Notes: generated by a model from the letters alone, not told the origin. A DNA stretch of 64,000 nucleotides from an uncultured Eubacteriales bacterium (GCA_948695535.1 CAPRTS010000007.1:3164-67163); one strand, 5' to 3'. Counted from the first letter of the stretch, positions 56,224 through 63,550 are shown. A program made the numbers and translations.

Positions 56224-56586
56224 GGGGGCGATTGGCTTCGACGGTTGGCGGGCGGTTCGTTAAGCATACCGGCGGGGAAACCATACGTTAATTGGTTTCA
56301 AAAAGACAAATGCAAGTCCCAAAAATGCAAACTTGGCTTTGGCTGCGTAAGTAGTTAAAGAACCAACGAACGACGCGTTTAACCCTTTTAACGATCGTTC
56401 GCCAACAAAGGGTGAATGGGACAGTATCTCCTTGGTTAACGGAAATATTGTTCGGCACCAAAGTTAACCCTAACCGTATTACTTTGTCGTTAATTTAGCG
56501 GTTGGTAAATAAGATAACGACTATGTATGTAGAAGTACGAACCAGAAACCAATCGGACCCGGGTTCAATTCCCGGCGTCTCCACCA
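56224..56586 (+). ncRNA. ssrA: tmRNA (transfer-messenger RNA)
   Basis: The 5' end GGGGGCGATTGGCTTCGACGG pairs with the 3' end CGTCTCCACCA, including the G3:U pair. The T-arm is CCCGGGTTCAATTCCCGG, and the CCA is encoded. The tag reading frame is GCA AGT CCC AAA AAT GCA AAC TTG GCT TTG GCT GCG TAA (56312-56350), which encodes ASPKNANLALAA*. Confidence 0.9.
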
Positions 56587-58120
56587 CAACAGGGGTATAC
56601 GCACACCTTTTTGAAAGAGAAATCGCTTTGACGGTTTCTTTTTTGTTTGTATTGTTTATTTCATCGTTTCCGTCAGGGTAATCGGGGAAGATTAAGTTCA
56701 TCAGCAGTTCTTCTTTTTGTCCGCTTTTTAGATGAAATAAAATTTTTATTTTGTCTTCATATAGAATTACGCGGTAGATTAGCGTGTTAATTAACGCCTT
56801 GCGATTTTGGAAATTGTCATAATCAAGGTTGCGGAAGTGCTGTAACCATTGCCGAATATCAGCGTAACTATAATCAATTTGCATAGCTTTTTCGGTATCA
56901 ATTGTCGCGGTCAGTTCTTTGTTTTCTGTCTCCAATTTTTCAACCTGTGCCAAAATGGCGTCGGTGGCTCGGCCGTGCATTAACGCTTGCATGAGGTTGT
57001 CGATGGACTTTTGATTAGACGCGATCAAGTTCTCTAAACGTTTAATCTCGCTGTCATTTTGTTCCGCTTTAATGAGTGTGTAAGTCTCGGCGGCGACCAT
57101 GTCGATAAACTCATCGGTTAGAGTGTGAACGATTTCCTGCACAACGGCGTCTTCAATCTCTTTTTTACGCACAGCACGTTTGTCGCATTGACGCGATGGA
57201 AGCACATTAACACAGCGATAATAATGGTGCAATTTACCACTTTTGCTGGTCGCACTGATTCCCGTCATCTTGGCGCCACATTTGCCACAAATCAATTTAT
57301 CGGAGAGTAGGTAAGGAACTTTCGCTTTACCACGAGCCGGTGCGGTGGCGTATTTAGCCAGCACCTGTTGTACTTGCTCAAATAATTCATCATCAATAAT
57401 TCGCGGAATTCCACCGTCGGTTTCTTGACCTTGAAAAATATATTTGCCTAAATATCGGCGGTTGCCGAAAATACTGCGAAAACTGTTCTTGTTCCACTTC
57501 GCTCCGTGGGCGGTTTTAATGCCACGTTCATTTAGGGAATTACCAATTTGCACATAGTTATATCCATTGGCCAACATTTGAAACATTTGCTTTACAATCG
57601 GGGCAGTGTTCTCGTCAATAACAATATTTTTCTCGGTGTCAACCTTGTAGCCGAGCGGTACAGAGCCACCAAAGAATTTGCATTTAGACGCCGAGATCGC
57701 AATCCCGCGTTTGATCTTTTGAGCGAGTTCAGCGGAGTAGTATTCCGCCATACTTTCTAAAACGCCTTCAATCAAAATACCACTGGCATCATCGGTAATG
57801 TTCTCTTTGGCGGATAATACCCGTACACCATTTTTCTTTAACTTAGATTTGTAAATTGCACTATCATAGCGGTTACGAGCAAAACGGTCTAATTGGTAGA
57901 CAATGACAAATTGAAAAGCCTTTTTCTTGCTGTCTTCAATCATTTGTAAAAAGTCGGGGCGTTTGTCCGTTGTCCCGGTTAAGTCACGGTCAATGTATTC
58001 GTGAATAATGTGCAAATCACTGCGTTTGGCGAATGCGTAACATTCGGCCAACTGTCCTTCGATAGACTGTTCGTTTTGTCCGTGCGAACTGAACCGTGCG
58101 TAAATTACTGCATTTTTCAT
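56495..58120 (-). CDS. Large serine recombinase (integrase)
   Basis: The N-terminal resolvase catalytic domain is AVIYARFSSHGQNEQSIEGQ, with Ser in the YxRxSS context. A recombinase domain follows, then the zinc ribbon CGKCGAKMTG...YYRC and a coiled-coil region. ATG 58120 is preceded by AAGGAG. The last ~31 codons are antisense to the ssrA 3' domain. Confidence 0.9.
   Translation of the reverse strand: MKNAVIYARFSSHGQNEQSIEGQLAECYAFAKRSDLHIIHEYIDRDLTGTTDKRPDFLQMIEDSKKKAFQFVIVYQLDRFARNRYDSAIYKSKLKKNGVRVLSAKENITDDASGILIEGVLESMAEYYSAELAQKIKRGIAISASKCKFFGGSVPLGYKVDTEKNIVIDENTAPIVKQMFQMLANGYNYVQIGNSLNERGIKTAHGAKWNKNSFRSIFGNRRYLGKYIFQGQETDGGIPRIIDDELFEQVQQVLAKYATAPARGKAKVPYLLSDKLICGKCGAKMTGISATSKSGKLHHYYRCVNVLPSRQCDKRAVRKKEIEDAVVQEIVHTLTDEFIDMVAAETYTLIKAEQNDSEIKRLENLIASNQKSIDNLMQALMHGRATDAILAQVEKLETENKELTATIDTEKAMQIDYSYADIRQWLQHFRNLDYDNFQNRKALINTLIYRVILYEDKIKILFHLKSGQKEELLMNLIFPDYPDGNDEINNTNKKETVKAISLSKRCAYTPVVVETPGIEPGSDWFLVRTSTYIVVILFTNR
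56562..56606. repeat. Predicted attL (attB left arm + core + attP right arm)
   Basis: GGTTCAAT (56562-56569), N10, TCCACCA (56580-56586), N10, ATACGCACAC (56597-56606). Confidence 0.55.
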
Positions 58121-58180
58121 TTTTTACTCCTTTTTTGCCTTAAAAGGCAATGGCTCGCCATTGCTGCTTGGTTACCCGTC

Positions 58181-58285
58181 CCACTGGCGACAGCAAGGAC
58201 AGTCAAGGGTCTGCCACACAGTGGACGGCGTTTTATGCCTAACGGGAGATAAATCGCCGCCCTTGACGGTGCTTGCCGCCAGTGG
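58181..58285. repeat. GC-rich nested inverted repeats (long imperfect hairpin) upstream of the serine recombinase gene
   Basis: The outer arms CCACTGGCG (58181-58189) and CGCCAGTGG (58277-58285) pair. The inner arms GTCAAGGG (58202-58209) and CCCTTGAC (58260-58267) pair. Smaller hairpins, such as CCACACAGTGG, lie inside. Confidence 0.6.
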
Positions 58286-58421
58286 TAGCAGAGACAAAAC
58301 ATTGTTTTACAGTAGATTTAATTCACTGATTTAATTTGTGGGTTTTTGTCGTAATCTTGTGTAACTTGACGATTATAAGTAATTTATTGTAAAACCGTGA
58401 ACTTTTGCCTTCGCTCCTGCC

Positions 58422-58541
58422 TATAGTTAGGGGGTAAATTTTATAAAAACCTTGATTTTTACCACTTCTCGTGGGTATAGGTAGGGGCTATTAAAAAATA
58501 AAACCTTAACACCCCTGTCCCTAAGTGTTTATAAGTAGGGG
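58422..58541 (+). repeat. Three direct repeats TATA(G/A)(T/G)TAGGGG spaced exactly 54 bp apart
   Basis: TATAGTTAGGGG at 58422-58433, TATAGGTAGGGG at 58476-58487 and TATAAGTAGGGG at 58530-58541. The first two copies are also followed by a related ATAAAA(A)CCTT segment. Confidence 0.85.
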
Positions 58542-58638
58542 ATCGTGTGGGCAAGGCGGCTGCGCCGCCATTGCCCACGGGCGTGTATAGTATTACCACG
58601 CCACCCCGTAACACTGTAACAACTTAAAAGGAGTGAAA

Positions 58639-58836
58639 ATGAGTAAAACAAGTCAGTTACAATCATTACCAAGTCCATTTGACGGCATTTCGGTTATTTA
58701 TTTTGATGATGAAAACCGCAATCATCATGTGCGGTTACCAGCAGATAAAAAACTAGCCAATCAGTTGGCTAAATTGATTTATCATGATGCCAAAATCGCA
58801 ATCAGTGAAAATTACCAAAAGGAGCAAACAAAATGA
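58639..58836 (+). CDS. Small (65-aa) protein translationally coupled to the tyrosine recombinase; possible accessory or DNA-binding factor
   Basis: AAAGGAG (58627-58633) lies 5 nt upstream of ATG 58639. The stop overlaps the recombinase ATG (ATGA). I recognised no family. Confidence 0.5.
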   Translation: MSKTSQLQSLPSPFDGISVIYFDDENRNHHVRLPADKKLANQLAKLIYHDAKIAISENYQKEQTK

Positions 58837-59768
58837 ATTATTTAACTTGGTTAAACGAGTGGTTGGAAAATTATGTAAAGCCAACTCATAAGGCACGGAC
58901 TTACGAGCGTTATCAACAAATTGTTAATACGCACATATTGACAAATTTAGGGGATTATGACTTAAACGCAATCACGCCCTTACTTCTGCAGAAGTACATT
59001 ACCAACTTGTTGCAACATGGCAATCGACTAACTGGACAGGCATTATCCGCGAATACTGTCAATGGTATTATCTCCATTTTACAGTCGTCATTGAAAATGG
59101 CGTATACTTTGGGTTTGTGTCGTGAATACGTCGGTAACAAAATTGTGCGTCCCAAAATCACCGAAAAGCAAGTTGCGTGTTTCAGTTTGACAGAGCAAAA
59201 AAAAATGGAGCAATACATTTTAACCAGTAAAAAATACAAGCTTTATGGCGTGATAATTTGTTTGTATACGGGACTGCGGATTGGCGAATTGTTAGCGTTA
59301 GAGTGGGCCGATCTCGATTTTAGTAAAGGCATTTTGACGGTATCCAAAACCGCATACGATAACCACGGCCAACGCTATATTGACCGCCCGAAAACTGCTA
59401 ATTCGCATCGTATGATTCCGCTGCCCAAACAATTAGTTCCCGTGTTGAAAGACTTGAAAAGAAATACGCAATCTAACTGGGTAGTGGTGGACAAGAATAA
59501 CCAGCCAGTATCGGTCCGCAGTTACCAACGCAGTTTTGAATTATTGCAATACAAATTAAAAATTGCTCATAAAGGTTTCCACGCTTTACGGCATACTTTC
59601 GCCACGCGAGCGTTAGAGTGCGGTATGGACGTAAAATCACTTTCCGAAATTCTTGGACACAAAAACACTAATATAACACTAAATCGTTACGTACATTCGT
59701 TGTTGGAACACAAGCAAGAAATGATGTCAAAATTGGGTAAAATTTTGACATCCGCGCCAGAGAAATGA
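58833..59768 (+). CDS. Tyrosine recombinase (phage-integrase/XerD-like family), candidate invertase
   Basis: 311 aa with an N-terminal SAM-like core-binding domain. Catalytic motifs: TGLRIGELLAL (Arg), HALRHTFATRAL (HxxR) and LGHKNTNITLNRYVH (His, Tyr). Confidence 0.9.
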   Translation: MNYLTWLNEWLENYVKPTHKARTYERYQQIVNTHILTNLGDYDLNAITPLLLQKYITNLLQHGNRLTGQALSANTVNGIISILQSSLKMAYTLGLCREYVGNKIVRPKITEKQVACFSLTEQKKMEQYILTSKKYKLYGVIICLYTGLRIGELLALEWADLDFSKGILTVSKTAYDNHGQRYIDRPKTANSHRMIPLPKQLVPVLKDLKRNTQSNWVVVDKNNQPVSVRSYQRSFELLQYKLKIAHKGFHALRHTFATRALECGMDVKSLSEILGHKNTNITLNRYVHSLLEHKQEMMSKLGKILTSAPEK

Positions 59769-59797
59769 ATAAACTGAGAAAACTGTTATGAAATTGT

Positions 59798-59824
59798 GTT
59801 CATCAAATATTTTAATCGGTGTAC
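59798..59824. promoter_or_regulatory. Candidate recombinase core site L (arm-spacer-arm)
   Basis: GTTCATCAA-ATATTTTAA-TCGGTGTAC. The first 19 nt are the exact reverse complement of 59934-59952. Confidence 0.6.
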
Positions 59825-59838
59825 ATCTTACTGTAAAA

Positions 59839-59868
59839 ACTATACCATAACCACCCATAAATTGTAAA
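59839..59868 (-). promoter_or_regulatory. Strong promoter-like element inside the candidate invertible segment, currently facing away from the methyltransferase operon
   Basis: On the minus strand: TTTACA (59868-59863), an 18-nt spacer ending in TGG, then TATAGT (59844-59839). This is the extended -10 type. Confidence 0.5.
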
Positions 59869-59925
59869 TCTGTTATTAAAATTGTACATTTACACAACAT
59901 TTACCGCCACAAAATTCTAAGTTCT

Positions 59926-59952
59926 GTTCATCAATTAAAATATTTGATGAAC
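59926..59952. promoter_or_regulatory. Candidate recombinase core site R (arm-spacer-arm)
   Basis: GTTCATCAA-TTAAAATAT-TTGATGAAC has perfect 9-bp inverted arms. Its asymmetric 9-bp spacer is the reverse complement of the site L spacer. Confidence 0.6.
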
Positions 59953-59991
59953 AAAATTTTTTTATTGTGTGCATGAAATAGGAGTTTACAA

Positions 59992-60930
59992 ATGGCGAAT
60001 CAATCACTTAATAAGGCAAAAATTGAAAAAAACGATGAATTTTATACGTTGATGAGTGATATAGAAAATGAATTATCGCGCTATGATTTCGCTCAATTCA
60101 AAGATAAAATTGTTTATTGTAATTGCGATGATCCAACTTGGAGTAATTTTTTTAAATTTTTCACTAAATGGGGAAAACGCATGGGAATTAAAGAAGTCCA
60201 TTTTACAAATTACGCTAATACAAAAAGAAAATGGAATAAACAATTAACACTTTTTGAAGCGCTTGACTTAAAAGAAAGTGCAGAAGATGATAGATGTGGT
60301 ACTGCACATCACTGGACATTTTATCCAGATTCTAATCGAATTGTTAAAAAAAGTCTTAAGGGGAACGGCGATTTCCGCAGTCCTGAGTGTATTGAAATCT
60401 TAAAAAGGTGCGATATTGTTGTGACTAATCCACCATTTAGTATTTTTAATGACTTTCTAAAGTTACTAATTGAATATAAAAAATATTATTTAGTCATTAG
60501 CGATGATAATAAACTATCTAATATTGATATTTTCCCTTTGATTAAAGATAATAAACTTTGGTTGGGTTATACTCGTGTAAAAAAATTTTTGCAACCAGAC
60601 GGCACATATAAAACTTTTGGTAATAAATGTTGGTATACTAATTTAGAAGTAACCTACCGTAGGCAACCGATTGTCCTTCATGATCAAGACCTAACTCAAT
60701 TCAAAAAGTATGATAACTACAACGCTCTTGAAATTTCTGAAGTTAAGTATATTCCTGATGGATATTATGAGCCCATCGGATTACCAATAACATTTTTGCA
60801 TAAATTTTGTCCTGAGCAGTTTGAAATAGTTGGTATGTCTGGTGTTGATATAAAGATTAAGGGTGGACGATTTTATGTAAGTGGCAGACGCTTACAGCCA
60901 AGATTAGTTATTCAAAGGAGAAAAGCATAA
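59992..60930 (+). CDS. N6-adenine DNA methyltransferase (EcoRI-methylase-like family)
   Basis: The N-terminus is NDEFYTLMSDIENEL...IVYCNCDDP and the catalytic motif IV is VVTNPPFS. AGGAG lies 8 nt upstream of the ATG. Confidence 0.85.
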   Translation: MANQSLNKAKIEKNDEFYTLMSDIENELSRYDFAQFKDKIVYCNCDDPTWSNFFKFFTKWGKRMGIKEVHFTNYANTKRKWNKQLTLFEALDLKESAEDDRCGTAHHWTFYPDSNRIVKKSLKGNGDFRSPECIEILKRCDIVVTNPPFSIFNDFLKLLIEYKKYYLVISDDNKLSNIDIFPLIKDNKLWLGYTRVKKFLQPDGTYKTFGNKCWYTNLEVTYRRQPIVLHDQDLTQFKKYDNYNALEISEVKYIPDGYYEPIGLPITFLHKFCPEQFEIVGMSGVDIKIKGGRFYVSGRRLQPRLVIQRRKA

Positions 60931-60931
60931 G

Positions 60932-62008
60932 ATGCAATATCAGATCGCAATTAGAACAATTAAAGATTTGCTAAATGACAAGGTTTATTTAACCAATATT
61001 AATATGCAAAGGAAGTATATTTATAATCATGAACAGGCTTCGCATTTACTTGATAGTATCCAAAAGGGGATCCCAATCCCAGCAATTTATTTGTGGGATA
61101 ACTGTGATGGCACTTATGACGTATTAGATGGGAAACAGAGAATAACTGTCATGCGTTTATATGTTAATCCTAAATACTTACCTGGCGGTGTCCATAACTT
61201 TTTTATTGATCACATGAACAGTAATGATTTTGAAAGTTATCAAATCCCAGTGATTATTTGCTCGGGTACGGAAGAAGAAAAGGTTGAAACATTTAAGCGA
61301 ATCAATACAACTGCAGTGGCCTTAAAAGAGTTTGAAATTTACAATGCATTGTATCAAGGAACTTTTGTTGAAGAACTCGGTAACTGGGGTATTGGCTTAT
61401 CTCCAAATGAAGAATTATTCTTCGGCAAAAGTATTAGGGGTGAAAACTGTATCAGGGCAGTAAAATTATTTACCGAAAGACTAGAGGATTATTTTAAGCA
61501 CAATCGTAATCAGTCTTTTGTGAATGGTTTGAAGAAGCAAATTGATGTTCTGGTTAAAACCACACTTGATTTATTTAATGATTACGGAAATGATTATTAT
61601 ATTTTAGCCAAAATTGTACTTGAAAATATTAATAACAATTCGTTAATTGCCAGTTGGAAATTAAACCAAAAAACAATTAATGATTTGTTGGTAGAGTATG
61701 CTAATAATGGTGAATTAGCCAACGCTCCAAGTCGCGAAAGTTTTTATAAAGAATTATTGGGTTGCTATACAGTTACTGGGTTAGACGGTAAACGCTTCTT
61801 TACGAAAGATGATAAAAAAACTTTGTATGAAAAATTAAGTAAAGGACTAAGTAGCGGAAAAAGGATTTGCCCAACCTGTGGTAAAGAGTTTAGTTTTGAT
61901 CAATTTGAAGTTGACCACGTTTTACCTTGGAGCAAGGGTGGCAAGACGTGTTTGGCTAATGCGCAGTTATTATGCAAAAGCTGCAATGTAAAAAAAAGTA
62001 ATCAGTAA
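60932..62008 (+). CDS. DUF262 (ParB/GmrS-like) - HNH nuclease fusion
   Basis: N-terminus: IPIPAIYLW...VLDGKQRIT, a DGQQR-type DUF262 motif. C-terminus: CPTCGKEF...EVDHVLPWSKGGKTCLANAQLLCKSCNVKKSN, an HNH domain with two CxxC pairs. The gene starts 1 nt after the methyltransferase stop. Confidence 0.85.
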   Translation: MQYQIAIRTIKDLLNDKVYLTNINMQRKYIYNHEQASHLLDSIQKGIPIPAIYLWDNCDGTYDVLDGKQRITVMRLYVNPKYLPGGVHNFFIDHMNSNDFESYQIPVIICSGTEEEKVETFKRINTTAVALKEFEIYNALYQGTFVEELGNWGIGLSPNEELFFGKSIRGENCIRAVKLFTERLEDYFKHNRNQSFVNGLKKQIDVLVKTTLDLFNDYGNDYYILAKIVLENINNNSLIASWKLNQKTINDLLVEYANNGELANAPSRESFYKELLGCYTVTGLDGKRFFTKDDKKTLYEKLSKGLSSGKRICPTCGKEFSFDQFEVDHVLPWSKGGKTCLANAQLLCKSCNVKKSNQ

Positions 62009-62058
62009 TAAATACAAGGGACTTATAGATAAATAAAAATCGCTAATGATCTCTCACC

Positions 62059-63144
62059 CTAGAATGGCAGATAAAATTCGTCAGGTGAATTAATTTTCTC
62101 ATCAGAGGGCACATCTTCGAAAATACTTAATAACATATTGATTCTTTCTAATAATTCGTCATAACAGATAATACTTATAGAACGTAACTCATTCCTAAAA
62201 TTCTCAAAACTGTTCTTCGCATCTGGTGTAAGTGTGGAGTAATTACCAACCAACAAGATACAGTGAATGTTGTTTGCTTCTACATCTAATTTTGAATTAA
62301 CTTTAAGAGAATTAAATTCTTTATACAAGGAATCTTTTTGTGAAAGTAATTGTATTAAACTACCTGTTAGCTCGGTCGTAATTGGTAAAATCCCAGCACG
62401 ATATGAAGTATTTTGAGTTAGTGTAGTAACTGGCGTTTTTATCTCAATAATGGATACGTTTTTTGTTATCCCGTTTTGGTATATAAAATCAGGCTTTTTT
62501 CCACCATTAAAATCAAAACTCTTTCCGCCAACATAATGACATCCTTGCATAATCATATAGGGGGTGTTGAATAATTGTGATAGTATCCATGAGTTTTTCT
62601 CAAATAAAGGTTGCCAAAAGCCAACTTCGTCGCTGTTATTTAGATTATTTTTTATTTCTTCCTTAATTCGTTTAAGATATTCAATATTTAATGCCCAATT
62701 GATATTGGTTAAATCAACTGATTTTAATAACTTGACTAACTCTTCCTTGTTTTTTAGCAGTTCTTTGAACTTATCATATTCTTCATCTTTTAAGGTGTAA
62801 GTTACTTCTTCCCATGGTGTGTTCTTATCTTTTACGAGTTTGTATCTCTCAGTTAATGCTTGCCATAATTTGTATGTTTGGCTGCATGATAAGGCAAGCT
62901 CAAAACTTTCACCTGATTTAATCGACCTCTTGTTTAATGAGATAACATCATTAAAAGTGCTATCACTCTTTTTTACAGTATAGATGAACTTTCCACGTAA
63001 TTTTTCTTGATAGTTTTTTGGATTATTAATTTGTTGTAACTCAAAACGGACTTGGGAACGACCTGATTCGTCTAAAATAACAATTGGTGTAACATCGGCT
63101 GTAATGTATGATGTTGGTGTAATAGTAATTTCATTATTATCCAT
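62059..63144 (-). CDS. Shedu-like defence nuclease (DUF4263, PD-(D/E)xK fold)
   Basis: 361 aa. The C-terminal domain reads GGKKPDFIYQNGITKNVSIIEIKTP (D...ExK), followed by LIQLLSQKDSLY and HCILLVGNYSTL. This matches the DUF4263/SduA pattern. Confidence 0.7.
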   Translation of the reverse strand: MDNNEITITPTSYITADVTPIVILDESGRSQVRFELQQINNPKNYQEKLRGKFIYTVKKSDSTFNDVISLNKRSIKSGESFELALSCSQTYKLWQALTERYKLVKDKNTPWEEVTYTLKDEEYDKFKELLKNKEELVKLLKSVDLTNINWALNIEYLKRIKEEIKNNLNNSDEVGFWQPLFEKNSWILSQLFNTPYMIMQGCHYVGGKSFDFNGGKKPDFIYQNGITKNVSIIEIKTPVTTLTQNTSYRAGILPITTELTGSLIQLLSQKDSLYKEFNSLKVNSKLDVEANNIHCILLVGNYSTLTPDAKNSFENFRNELRSISIICYDELLERINMLLSIFEDVPSDEKINSPDEFYLPF

Positions 63145-63238
63145 GATTTATTGTAGCATATAATATTGTGAATGACTATTTAAGTGTGTAATGCTAACCT
63201 GACAATAGAAGTTGGTCCTATTAGCAATCAATATTGTA

Positions 63239-63289
63239 GTGTGCGTATTCAAGGCGTGCAGTTCCACCAAACGTACCAAAGATTGAACC
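63239..63289. repeat. Predicted attR (attP left arm + core + attB right arm)
   Basis: GTGTGCGTAT (63239-63248), N14, TCCACCA (63263-63269), N12, ATTGAACC (63282-63289). Confidence 0.55.
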
Positions 63290-63550
63290 TTTCAAGTTAA
63301 GGTAACGCCTTATGACCGGGAATTTTACCCCGGCGGGTTCTGTCACTGTGTGCCAGATAGCTCGCTCACTACGTTCGCTCGCTATCACTTCCCGCTATTT
63401 CTACCACAGACAAATAATCCAAAATTCGTCGCGTAGCGGAACTAGAATGTTATTTTATCGCATGTGTTTTATGCGTAGAACTGTTTGGGGATAGTAATGA
63501 AATTTTGCAGGTAATTTTTAGTGGCAGTAAAACGCCCGTTTCCGTAAATT

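Larger units (their letters stand above)
56587..63262. mobile_element. About 6.7-kb integrative island inserted at the 3' terminus of ssrA (large serine recombinase plus defence cargo)
   Basis: Bounded by direct TCCACCA cores (56580-56586 and 63263-63269). Inverted-arm attB and attP can be reconstructed from the junctions. The recombinase gene sits at the left end, and the cargo is visibly AT-rich. Confidence 0.6.

Noticed and set aside
56089-56358. An 89-aa plus-strand ORF spanning the peptidase/ssrA intergenic region.
   Set aside because: It is made up mostly of the 5' half of the tmRNA, including the tag reading frame. The RNA gene explains the sequence.
58181-58285. The long hairpin as a retron msr/msd, an IS110-type bridge RNA or an IS200/605 guide RNA.
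   Set aside because: No reverse transcriptase, DEDD (IS110) transposase or TnpB/IscB gene is present in the island. I keep it only as an unclassified structured element.
63311-63333. CCGGGAATTTTACCCCGG, which resembles the reverse complement of the tmRNA T-arm (CCGGGAATTGAACCCGGG). I considered it as a second att remnant or a tRNA fragment.
   Set aside because: It is in inverted orientation relative to ssrA, carries several mismatches, has no flanking acceptor or anticodon arms, and lies outside the boundaries supported by the attB/attP reconstruction.
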